28,933 nt of DNA from a bacterium. Its GTDB lineage: Bacteria > Zhuqueibacterota > Zhuqueibacteria > Oceanimicrobiales > Oceanimicrobiaceae. Shown piece after piece: positions 1-7,826 of this stretch. Each line of letters begins with the position of its first letter. Position 1 is the first letter of the stretch. The DNA is taken from NCBI GenBank assembly GCA_046757525.1, contig JBHHYI010000036.1, forward strand, positions 1-28,933, read 5' to 3'. A program made the position numbers and the translations under genes. The notes below the pieces were generated by a model. The model saw only the letters and a program-made list of their open reading frames with translations, was not told the origin of the DNA and did no database searches.

Positions 1-1
1 T

Positions 2-181
2 CCCGCAAAGCACCGGTCAGGGCTGAAAACAGCGGACGGGAAAATCTGGGGTTTTATTCATACGCCAGAAACCGATGATCTTTTGCACAATCCAGACTAT
101 TTGAAGAAAGATGCCAGGGTGTACGGCACCTTATTTACCAATTCTCAATTTATTTACGTGAGAAAGTTTGACCTATTGTGA
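2..181 (+). CDS. 3' end of hypothetical protein (5'-partial)
   Basis: Frame 2 is open from the window edge to TGA 179-181: PAKHRSGLKTADGKIWGFIHTPETDDLLHNPDYLKKDARVYGTLFTNSQFIYVRKFDLL. Protein-like composition; not in the ORF track because the start is outside the window. Confidence 0.65.
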   Translation, partial: PAKHRSGLKTADGKIWGFIHTPETDDLLHNPDYLKKDARVYGTLFTNSQFIYVRKFDLL

Positions 182-289
182 TTTTATTGGGAGGAGCCAT
201 TGGCTGGCCGTTTGTTCATCCAGGTAGCAGGGAGCCAGTCCACCATGTAGGCTCGATAAACCAACTGAGGCATCTTTCGATTGCTTTTG

Positions 290-327
290 AACCCTCGTTC
301 CAGTCATGTTCGAGGGTTTTCCATTTT
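290..327 (+). terminator. possible intrinsic terminator
   Basis: AACCCTCG (290-297) pairs with CGAGGGTT (311-318), 13-nt loop, followed by TTCCATTTT. Confidence 0.4.
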
Positions 328-414
328 AGTGCAGGCAAGGATCGAGGGAATGCGGAAGTGTTTAAGATTGTTTCATGGTTAAAAAATTAGAGGATTCATA
401 AGCATTCCAAAGCA

Positions 415-594
415 ATGCTCAAAAAATTCGTCTGGGTTGCTCTCTTTTTTCTAACCTTTTTTTCTAATATTTCTCATGTGTTCGGGGGCGCATGGACCCT
501 TAAACGGGGCCAACTGTGGGTCAAGACCGCCGTGTTTTATCAAAAGACGGACAAACGCTACTATTCAAGAAACCAGCCGTCGCTGGGCCCATGA
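415..594 (+). pseudogene. truncated remnant of a secreted, probably outer-membrane beta-barrel gene (59 aa)
   Basis: ATG415-TGA594 gives MLKKFVWVALFFLTFFSNISHVFG-GAWTLKRGQLWVKTAVFYQKTDKRYYSRNQPSLGP: Sec-type signal peptide plus a GAWTxxxG start I associate with much longer barrel proteins. No long continuation in any frame. Confidence 0.5.
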
Positions 595-715
595 ATGGGA
601 GCGCCTGGAAACCACCGTGTCCTACACTGCTTCTTGGTTCGCCTGGGCTGTCTTTTTTCCAGGCGAAGGAATTCTTGAAAATTAGACCCTCTCGAACAAC
701 GCATGCCCACTTACG

Positions 716-751
716 AAACCCCGGAAATGGAAATCTTCGGGGTTTTTTGTT
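716..751 (+). terminator. intrinsic terminator
   Basis: AAACCCCGGA (716-725) / TTCGGGGTTT (736-745) stem with one G-U, followed by TTTGTT; lies just before the next promoter. Confidence 0.6.
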
Positions 752-763
752 GAAAAAAAGAAT

Positions 764-792
764 TTGACAAACATCAAAATATTCAATATCTT
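764..792 (+). promoter_or_regulatory. sigma70-type promoter of the lipid kinase operon
   Basis: TTGACA (764-769), 17-nt spacer, TATCTT (787-792); 55 nt before ATG848. Confidence 0.7.
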
Positions 793-847
793 TATGCCGC
801 TTAAGATTTATAAAAATAAGCTTCTATCCAGACCTTAACTGAACTTT

Positions 848-1750
848 ATGGGGCAGAACATTACCTTAATTTTCAACCCTATTGCAGGTGCGAAAAAACG
901 TAAAGGCAAGATAATTGATTACTTAGAGAGAACGTTCGTGAAACACGGTCACCGAACCGCGCTATGTGAAACCAGTAAACGCGGAGAAGCCACGGAGTTC
1001 GCTAAGCAAGCGCTTTGCAATCACGCGGACGTCGTGGTGGCCATTGGGGGAGATGGAACGATCAACGAGATCGGCTCTGCGCTGGTGCATACTGGAGTGC
1101 CTCTGGGCATTGTTCCCGCAGGTTCGGGAAATGGCCTGGCCAGGAGTCTGAACATCCCGCAAAATGTGGAACAAGCTTCTGAGGTCATACTGCGTGGGCT
1201 TACCTGCCGTATTGATGTCGGCAAGGCGAACAACAACTATTTCTTCCTGTTGGCCGGGTTGGGTTTCGACGCAGTGGTTGGCAAAAAGTTCGATGAGCAT
1301 TCGAAGCGAGGCCCCATCCCATATTTCTATCTTGGCGCAAAAGAATATTTCGGTTACAAACCGGAATGGATGGAGGTTTCTTTTAATCAGGTTTCGCGAA
1401 AAATCCAGCCTTTTGTGATGGCCGTGGCTAATGGAGGGCAATATGGCAATGGTGCAATCATAGCGCCGGAGGCCAAATTAAATGACGGTCTTTTGGACGT
1501 GTGCATCGTCACCCGACTGTCTTTTTTGCAGTTGTTCTCGGCCATTCCCAAACTGTTCCAGGGCAAGCTCAAGAGTTATCGCGATGTAGAGTTTCATACA
1601 ACGCGAAAGATCAGGATCGTGAGAGAAGCCCCGGGTCTGGTGAACATCGATGGCGAACCCATTTTTGAGGAGGCCACTGTGGAGATTTCTCTGTTGCCGA
1701 AAAGTCTGAACGTCATTGTACCGCGAAACAGTCCGGGCCTCAACAGATGA
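848..1750 (+). CDS. diacylglycerol/lipid kinase family protein (YegS/DagK/BmrU)
   Basis: NPIAG, GGDGTINE ATP-binding motif, PAGSGNGLARSL, GLGFDA, NGGQYG, DGLLDV, IDGE motifs. Confidence 0.93.
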   Translation: MGQNITLIFNPIAGAKKRKGKIIDYLERTFVKHGHRTALCETSKRGEATEFAKQALCNHADVVVAIGGDGTINEIGSALVHTGVPLGIVPAGSGNGLARSLNIPQNVEQASEVILRGLTCRIDVGKANNNYFFLLAGLGFDAVVGKKFDEHSKRGPIPYFYLGAKEYFGYKPEWMEVSFNQVSRKIQPFVMAVANGGQYGNGAIIAPEAKLNDGLLDVCIVTRLSFLQLFSAIPKLFQGKLKSYRDVEFHTTRKIRIVREAPGLVNIDGEPIFEEATVEISLLPKSLNVIVPRNSPGLNR

Positions 1751-2391
1751 ATTCGGTGATCGTGTTTATGAAATACCCGGCGTCCGGCAAAGTGAAGACG
1801 CGTCTTGGGGCGGAAATTGGGGATGCGGGTGCTGCAAAAGTCTATCAGTTGTTTATTGAACTCACGTTGAACACCGTGCAAAAAGCCGGATGCCACAGAG
1901 CTTACGTCGCCTACGAACCAGAAGAGCGCTATGAGGATTTTCGAAAACTTGTCGGACCCGGGTTCGAGTTATTCCCACAACAGGGCGGCGATTTAGGCGA
2001 GCGAATGTGGAACGCCATTGCTCATGTTTCGAGAATGGGCTCCCCCAAAATAATCGTTTACGGAAGCGACAGTCCGACCTTGCCAGCCCAATTCATCGAG
2101 GAGGCCATAGATGGGTTGGAGACCTGTGATTTGGTTCTGGGTCCGGCCAACGATGGCGGCTACTACTTGGTCGGAGTTAAGAAAGCCGTGAAAGAAATCT
2201 TCGAAGGAATTCCGTGGAGCTCAAGCTCGGTTCTCCAGTCTACGCTCGAGCGTGCCAGAGATGCCAGTTTGTCCGTCCATCTGCTGCCTGAATGGTATGA
2301 TGTAGATCAACTGGATGCGTTAAAACAGGCAGCCAGGGATGACGCAACCGGTTTGCTCAGAAATTTCCTCGAAGAAAACAACCTGTCTTAG
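1747..2391 (+). CDS. TIGR04282/DUF2064 family transferase (CofC-like/GT-A fold)
   Basis: KYPxxGKVKTRL, QQGGDLGERM, GSDSPTL, LGPANDGGYYLVG, IPWSS, WYDVD motifs; ATGA overlap with the upstream gene. Confidence 0.9.
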   Translation: MNSVIVFMKYPASGKVKTRLGAEIGDAGAAKVYQLFIELTLNTVQKAGCHRAYVAYEPEERYEDFRKLVGPGFELFPQQGGDLGERMWNAIAHVSRMGSPKIIVYGSDSPTLPAQFIEEAIDGLETCDLVLGPANDGGYYLVGVKKAVKEIFEGIPWSSSSVLQSTLERARDASLSVHLLPEWYDVDQLDALKQAARDDATGLLRNFLEENNLS

Positions 2392-2396
2392 CTCTT

Positions 2397-3077
2397 ATGC
2401 AGATGATATTGGCTGCCCATCAACCCAATTATCTCCCGCTGATAAGCTTTTTCCACAAAATGTCGCAAGCAGATATTTTCGTTTTGGCGGACGATTATGC
2501 CTATTCCAAGCACAGTTTTGTCAATCGCACCCGCATCAAGACCGCTGATGGGCCGCGCTGGCTGACCGTACCTGTGCTCACCAAAGGACGGTCCCCACAG
2601 TTGATTTCTCAGGTGGAAATCAACCCATCTGAAGCCTGGGCGCGCAAGCACCTGAGAACGTTGCATGTCAATTACAAATATGCTGCCTTCTTTGAAAAAT
2701 ATTTTGATTTTTTCGAAACGCTGCTGGCAAGACCCTGGAAAAAACTGCTGGATCTAAATTTGGAAATCATAGACTACTTGACCAGCGCTCTGGATCTCAA
2801 AACGAGAGTTCTTCTGAGCTCAGAGATGAAGTTGGCTGGTCATGGAGTCGAACGTCTGTGCAACATGTTGAGAACTCTTGGATGTGAGGTCTACCTGGCT
2901 TCCGCGGAAGCCAACAGCTATTTAAACAGAGATGAATTTAGTGACAGCGGATTCACACTGCGGTTCTTAGAGTCGAAGCTGGTCCCTTACCACCAGCAGT
3001 TTGGCTCGTTCACACCAGATCTGTCAGTTGTGGATTTATTGTTTAACGAAGGTCGCAACATTCTTGTCGAACTCTGA
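2397..3077 (+). CDS. wbqC: WbqC family protein
   Basis: HQPNYLP N-terminus, NRTRIKT..G..WLTVPV, YHQQF..F.PDLSVVDLLFNEG C-terminus. Confidence 0.9.
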   Translation: MQMILAAHQPNYLPLISFFHKMSQADIFVLADDYAYSKHSFVNRTRIKTADGPRWLTVPVLTKGRSPQLISQVEINPSEAWARKHLRTLHVNYKYAAFFEKYFDFFETLLARPWKKLLDLNLEIIDYLTSALDLKTRVLLSSEMKLAGHGVERLCNMLRTLGCEVYLASAEANSYLNRDEFSDSGFTLRFLESKLVPYHQQFGSFTPDLSVVDLLFNEGRNILVEL

Positions 3078-3760
3078 TGAAGGTCATCGTCATAATCCCT
3101 GCGTTTAACGAAGAAGAGTCCATTGAGCTTGTGCTAAAAGATATCCCCAGGGAATTGGCATCTGAAATTATCGTGGTGGACAACAATTCTTCAGACCACA
3201 CCTCGGTGCGAGCTAAGCGGGGTGGTGCGACGGTGCTAAGCGAACCCAAACGCGGTTACGGCAGGGCTTGTTTGAAGGCCATTGATTATGCCGCCAGGCT
3301 GAATCCGGGTGTGGTTGTGTTTTTGGACGCTGATTACAGCGACTACCCGGATGAAATGTGCAAACTGTTGAAGAAGATTGAAGAGGGCTTCGATTTGGTC
3401 ATCGGTTCCCGTCTTAGAGGGAACGCTGAGCCAGGGGCTTTGCTGCCTCAGGCCAGATTTGGCAACCAATTGTCTGTATTCTTGATTAAGCACCTTTTTG
3501 GTTACCAATACACAGACCTGGGGCCGTTCCGTGCGATTAGGTGGAATGAGCTGTTGAAATTAAACATGTCGGACAAGAATTTCGGGTGGACCGTTGAGAT
3601 GCAAATCAAAGCTGCTAAAATGAAAATGAACGTAACTGAAGTGCCAGTCAGTTATCGAAAAAGGATTGGGGTTTCAAAAGTGTCAGGCACGTTGAGTGGA
3701 ACGATTAAGGCTGGCAGCAAGATATTGTATACGATCTTCAAGCATGCCATTGTTAACTGA
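3077..3760 (+). CDS. GT2 glycosyltransferase, DPM1/polyprenol-phosphate glycosyltransferase-like
   Basis: IIPAFNEE, VVDNNSSD, RGYG, DAD (DxD), IGSR, TDLGPFRAI, FGWTVEMQ, EVPVSYR; TGATG overlap with wbqC. Confidence 0.9.
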   Translation: MKVIVIIPAFNEEESIELVLKDIPRELASEIIVVDNNSSDHTSVRAKRGGATVLSEPKRGYGRACLKAIDYAARLNPGVVVFLDADYSDYPDEMCKLLKKIEEGFDLVIGSRLRGNAEPGALLPQARFGNQLSVFLIKHLFGYQYTDLGPFRAIRWNELLKLNMSDKNFGWTVEMQIKAAKMKMNVTEVPVSYRKRIGVSKVSGTLSGTIKAGSKILYTIFKHAIVN

Positions 3761-3884
3761 ACCAAGCCTTACGCACGGGGTGCAAGAGATGACACCAATG
3801 ACGCGGATATTCCCGGGATAGATCAAGCAGTCTGGAATTACGAATCTGATCTGGCCGTGCAAGGCCTGGCGGTGGTTAATGGGC

Positions 3885-5048
3885 CTATTGTAAGAAGTCG
3901 GAGTTTTTCTCCTGGGCCATACTTTGGCTGCTGCTTTCGGAGGATTCCGAATCATGGCAGAAGACACAGTTTCTCCCAGAAGCCTTAGCCTGGTACAAGG
4001 CGTCGTCGGCATAGCATATCAGGTCTTGCGGGTTTTGGGAATCTTCTGGGAATACGGCGAAGCCTAAAGAGATCGTCAATGATTTGTTCGGTTGAGCTGC
4101 TTCATTCTCGAAAGTAGCTTTTTCAATTTTCTTGCGCAGTTTTTGCGCCACCTTGCGGGCTTGAGTTTTGGAAATCTCGGGCAGCAGAATGACGAATTCC
4201 TCGCCTCCGTAGCGCGCGAGGATATCAGCTTTACGCAAATTGCTTTCCAGGGTCACAGCAACCTTTTTTAACACCTGGTCCCCCATAATATGTCCGTTGA
4301 GATCGTTGTAATTCTTGAAATGATCGATGTCTAACATGAGGACGGCCAGGGAATGATTGTAGCGTTTAGATCTTTGCAACTCTCTTTCAAATCTTTGATT
4401 AAAATAGCGCCGATTGAAAATGCCGGTCAATTCATCCGTAATGGAAAGTTCCTTGGTATGTTCGTAAAGAACGGCTTTGTCGATCGCAAAAGATAGTTGT
4501 TCGGAAGTTTTTCTAAAAAGCTCGATGTCTTGAGCAGAAAAGGAGCTCTTGCCTTTGCGATAGAGATTGAGCAGACCCAGGATGATGCCATTTTCATTGA
4601 TCAGCGGTAAGCACAAAAAAGCTGCTGCGTCGGGCGTCAGCGTGCTGTTGGGAGTTGGATTGAGCTTGATCGCGTTGGTATTTTCCACGTACACGTTGCT
4701 CTTCTGGGAGCAGGCCTGGGCGAACACGTCGCTGCTTTGGGCGCACTTTGCGGCATCGGTCCACGCAATCCCAAGGTCATGATAATTCCTGCCCGCTTGT
4801 AGTTTGAAGTTTTCTCTAAAAAGCATCAGCTCATAGTGGTCGATTTCAAATGAGCTTGTCAAAGTCTTCTTTACAAATCGCAAAACTTCCTCGAAGTCCA
4901 GCGTGGCACTCAAGGTTGCAGTAATTGCGTACAAGGCATCAGCTTCTGCCAGTTGCTGTCGTAGCTTCTCGTTGGCTTGTTCAATTTCTGTGAATTTTTC
5001 TTTCAGAACATCTAACTGCTCTCGCAAGCTTTTGATGTCGTCGTTCAT
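3885..5048 (-). CDS. coiled-coil-GAF-GGDEF diguanylate cyclase
   Basis: N-terminal coiled coil, GAF (CLPL..GIILGLLNL..FSAQDIELF), TDELTG..NRRY, DIDHFK.YND..GH.GD, I-site RKAD five residues before an intact GGEEF. Confidence 0.93.
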   Translation of the reverse strand: MNDDIKSLREQLDVLKEKFTEIEQANEKLRQQLAEADALYAITATLSATLDFEEVLRFVKKTLTSSFEIDHYELMLFRENFKLQAGRNYHDLGIAWTDAAKCAQSSDVFAQACSQKSNVYVENTNAIKLNPTPNSTLTPDAAAFLCLPLINENGIILGLLNLYRKGKSSFSAQDIELFRKTSEQLSFAIDKAVLYEHTKELSITDELTGIFNRRYFNQRFERELQRSKRYNHSLAVLMLDIDHFKNYNDLNGHIMGDQVLKKVAVTLESNLRKADILARYGGEEFVILLPEISKTQARKVAQKLRKKIEKATFENEAAQPNKSLTISLGFAVFPEDSQNPQDLICYADDALYQAKASGRNCVFCHDSESSESSSQSMAQEKNSDFLQ

Positions 5049-5180
5049 TTAATCAAACACCGTGGGTCTCGTTACGTTTCTTGAGGAGGCATCTAAACAA
5101 CAAGTACTTGCTAAGCCAGATTTCTTCCCGGTGGTTGCCAGGTCGAAATGACATGTTCGGAGTTTTCGGTCAGGCACTAC

Positions 5181-5744
5181 TTAGTTTTGGTATTGAGCGT
5201 TTTGCAGTCTGAATATGTAACTAAACAGAGATTCATAATTCTTCTTCAAGGTTTCCTGGCTGTGCGGGCGGAATCGGATGTTAAAAAAAGTCGACTTGTC
5301 TTTGCTGTCGAAACAGACTTTCAACGGTGCCTCACTGAGCTGAAACAGTAAAACACAGATGAGATCGAAATCCAAGTTCAAATCTATGGCTATGTCGTAG
5401 TGAGAACTTCCAAAATGCTCTTGAATGGCGCCTTTGGGTAGGCCAAAGAAAGTGAGGTCTTCTGGAGAATAGGGCAAAATATCGACTCTTAGCTTTTTGT
5501 CGATCAGGTTGATCATTTCGAGTTTAGTGAGAAGCGTGATTTTCGCCTCCGGGATATGGCTCCGGAAATTTTCCAAAGATTTTAGCGCCAAGCCGAAATG
5601 TTCAATCTTGTTTGGCATGGCAATGATAATCTCCTGGGCCGCTGCGAGATGGTCAGAAATGCTGATGGTTGGATGCTCCACCCAATAGCTGTATTTGACT
5701 CTCAAAGCCGAGCCAACGAATTTCGCGAAAATTTTTCTTAACAT
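5181..5744 (-). CDS. DUF6913-like protein (resembles the N-terminal Rossmann lobe of GT9)
   Basis: DLTFFGLPK...YDIAIDLN...APLKVCF pattern recalled from FCB-group proteins; family call from memory. Confidence 0.55.
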   Translation of the reverse strand: MLRKIFAKFVGSALRVKYSYWVEHPTISISDHLAAAQEIIIAMPNKIEHFGLALKSLENFRSHIPEAKITLLTKLEMINLIDKKLRVDILPYSPEDLTFFGLPKGAIQEHFGSSHYDIAIDLNLDFDLICVLLFQLSEAPLKVCFDSKDKSTFFNIRFRPHSQETLKKNYESLFSYIFRLQNAQYQN

Positions 5745-5789
5745 TAATTACTTATCGCCGTTCTTTTTAGCGTGCTTGTCAGACATTCT

Positions 5790-5819
5790 AATATAAAGAA
5801 AATACAGTGTAGGAGTCAA
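5790..5819 (-). promoter_or_regulatory. sigma70-type promoter for the DUF6913-like/diguanylate cyclase genes
   Basis: Minus strand TTGACT (5819-5814), 18-nt spacer, TATATT (5795-5790); 45 nt before the start at 5744. Confidence 0.5.
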
Positions 5820-5837
5820 CAAGAATTTTGGCTGGAG

Positions 5838-7826
5838 TCACTTCCTCCACTCGAATTGAACGCCATATCTTCGATCCAGGGGACCGGCGATTTGATCCGG
5901 CCCGCTGCCAATGGTGGATTGGTCTTCTCTAAAGGTTTCTGAGTATTTAAGAGCAAAGGTCGCTGTTTTCAAAACCTTGTACTTGAGCAGGAGGTACCAT
6001 CTGGTGCCACGACCGAACAAAGCTCGGTTGGTGACCATTCCAGGTAAGTCGGATTCATATTCAAACAGCCTTGAATCAAATGAGTCCGTGTCGAAAAAAA
6101 TCACGCGCGCAGAGATTCTTAAGTTCCTTTTGGGTTGCCAACGTACTTCCTGAAAAAACAAGTTGCCGGTTGCTTTGGTGTCACGTTTCTTGCCGACATA
6201 ATGGTGCAGGCGAAATCGAACATATTCGATCCTGCTGCTTAAACGGACCCGCGACGAGAGGGCGTGATCTAATTGCAGCCGCCATTGACGCCGTTGTCGC
6301 TGAACCAGTTCCTCTCTTGTGCGGTTGAGTTGATCTTTTGCGGCTTGCGTGTCTTGTCCGTTTTTCAGGCGATACCGGATCGTCAGCGTTGTGCGACGGT
6401 CCAAATGGTGTTCCAATTGACTGAACAAATCGTTCCCCTCGGTGGGCACCGGCTTGAAGAACGTGCGCCAGGGATTGGAAAAAATGTCGTAATAGACGAC
6501 GAGCTTCGTGCGGGAAGAGAGTTTGTACTCTATGCCGGTGTAAAAGCCCCGTTCATTTTGCGTGGTGCCGTTCCTCTCAGCAAAGCCAAAACTGTGGAAG
6601 TTCTGGTAGTCTTTTTGGTATTCTCGGAACAGGAGACCAAGGCGAATCGTTGGGAAACTGGCCAGCGTGCCCAGAATCAGGGCGTGTCCGCCGTTCGAGG
6701 AGCGTGCAGCTTCTCCAAACAGGTCGAAATTGCTCTTAGCCCAGCCCCAGTCAAATCCTACCACCGAGTTGTTTTTGCCACGGAATTTGAAATGGTTTCT
6801 GGTTAGATCGGGCTCCTCAATCTCCTTGTCAAAGTTGGCATGGTAGTAAGTGGTGGCCAGAGAGAGGCCGGTGGAAACTTCCCATTCGATTCTTCCCCCT
6901 GACAACGTTTCTGTCAAGCGATCCCTTTTGTTTTTTTCCGATCCGTTGCGGTGCAAGCCAGAGGTAAATAATCCGGAGACCGCATTGTCTGAAATCGGTG
7001 TGGCATCCAATTCTGATTTTGAAGAAAATAAGACGAATCTTAGCGAGCCGAATTCTGCGGCGGCTGCTGCCCCAAACAGGGAAGCGTTCTCGTCCACCGA
7101 GGAATATCCGCGCAGTCCCCGACCGCGTTTTCTCAGGGAAAACAGCGACCCGGCCCCTTTTGAAAAGCCGTAAGGGCCCCAGAGGACCAGACCCTGGGCA
7201 AATTCAAGGACGTAGTTACCCAGCAGCAAAGTAAGCTGAGGGGTCAATTTTGCCGAAGCGTAATAAAGCTTGAGGTCGTCCAAACGCTTTTCACCGCTGT
7301 CCTTTTCTAAGAGCAGCCCACCTTGGAATCTGTGGTTCAGGTCAAACTGGAAGCGATGGTACAGCTTCCTGGCCGAACTTTCGTAACGGCCGTCGCGAAA
7401 TCCTTGCGGCAGGTCAATGCGGTCCAGGACCCGACTGCGCCATTTAACTTGGAGATGCTTAGACCGGGCGCCGCGGGAAGTGTGCACGGTCAGGAATTGG
7501 CGCATTTCTGAGAACTGCGCTGAGTCCATGCCAGGCACCGCGAGCAACCCCTCCAGATTCTCAAAAGGCCCGTGTTGCTGCCGGTATTCCAGCATTGCCC
7601 GGGCCAGCTTCGCGCTTAATCCGGGTATTCTTTGCAAGGATTCGGTGTTGGCACGGTTGACGTCGACGGGATTTTCGCGCAATTCAGCAAGGATTTCGAA
7701 CAGCTCCGACTGATCGGAGCTTTCGGCCTGACCTTCCAGGAGTTTTTCTTCCAGGCTTTCCTGAGCAAAGCAGCGAACAGTCAAAAACAGCAAGAAAAGG
7801 ATTAGAACAGAATCTCGTAGCTTCAT
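5838..7826 (-). CDS. ComEA-type helix-hairpin-helix domain plus large outer-membrane beta-barrel
   Basis: Signal peptide (..VRCFA-QE); HhH_3-like segment VDVNRAN..LQRIPGLS..YRQQHGPF..LEGLLAVPG; EKDSGE motif; many alternating amphipathic strands; terminal YGVQFEWRK. Confidence 0.8.
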   Translation of the reverse strand: MKLRDSVLILFLLFLTVRCFAQESLEEKLLEGQAESSDQSELFEILAELRENPVDVNRANTESLQRIPGLSAKLARAMLEYRQQHGPFENLEGLLAVPGMDSAQFSEMRQFLTVHTSRGARSKHLQVKWRSRVLDRIDLPQGFRDGRYESSARKLYHRFQFDLNHRFQGGLLLEKDSGEKRLDDLKLYYASAKLTPQLTLLLGNYVLEFAQGLVLWGPYGFSKGAGSLFSLRKRGRGLRGYSSVDENASLFGAAAAAEFGSLRFVLFSSKSELDATPISDNAVSGLFTSGLHRNGSEKNKRDRLTETLSGGRIEWEVSTGLSLATTYYHANFDKEIEEPDLTRNHFKFRGKNNSVVGFDWGWAKSNFDLFGEAARSSNGGHALILGTLASFPTIRLGLLFREYQKDYQNFHSFGFAERNGTTQNERGFYTGIEYKLSSRTKLVVYYDIFSNPWRTFFKPVPTEGNDLFSQLEHHLDRRTTLTIRYRLKNGQDTQAAKDQLNRTREELVQRQRRQWRLQLDHALSSRVRLSSRIEYVRFRLHHYVGKKRDTKATGNLFFQEVRWQPKRNLRISARVIFFDTDSFDSRLFEYESDLPGMVTNRALFGRGTRWYLLLKYKVLKTATFALKYSETFREDQSTIGSGPDQIAGPLDRRYGVQFEWRK

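Noticed and set aside
188..320. 6S RNA or riboswitch in the first intergenic region (GGGAGCC, TTGAACCC words)
   Set aside because: Only short words match; I could not build the long 6S rod or any riboswitch core. An Rfam scan would settle it.
592..678. Selenocysteine read-through of TGA592-594 (a stem-loop follows, and a selenodomain-associated transferase family gene is nearby)
   Set aside because: Read-through adds only about 27 residues before another TGA, there is no redox/Cys-like context, and the hairpin loop is closer to the UGA than in typical bacterial SECIS elements.
178..767. ORF-track ORFs 178..390, 476..685 and 516..767
   Set aside because: No recognisable motifs or ribosome-binding sites; they run through terminator-like hairpins or overlap the better ORF at 415-594.
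6273..7713. Plus-strand ORFs (e.g. 6273..6806, 177 aa) opposite the barrel gene, and other antisense or nested ORFs across the window
   Set aside because: Shadow frames of well-supported genes, with no motifs or translation signals.
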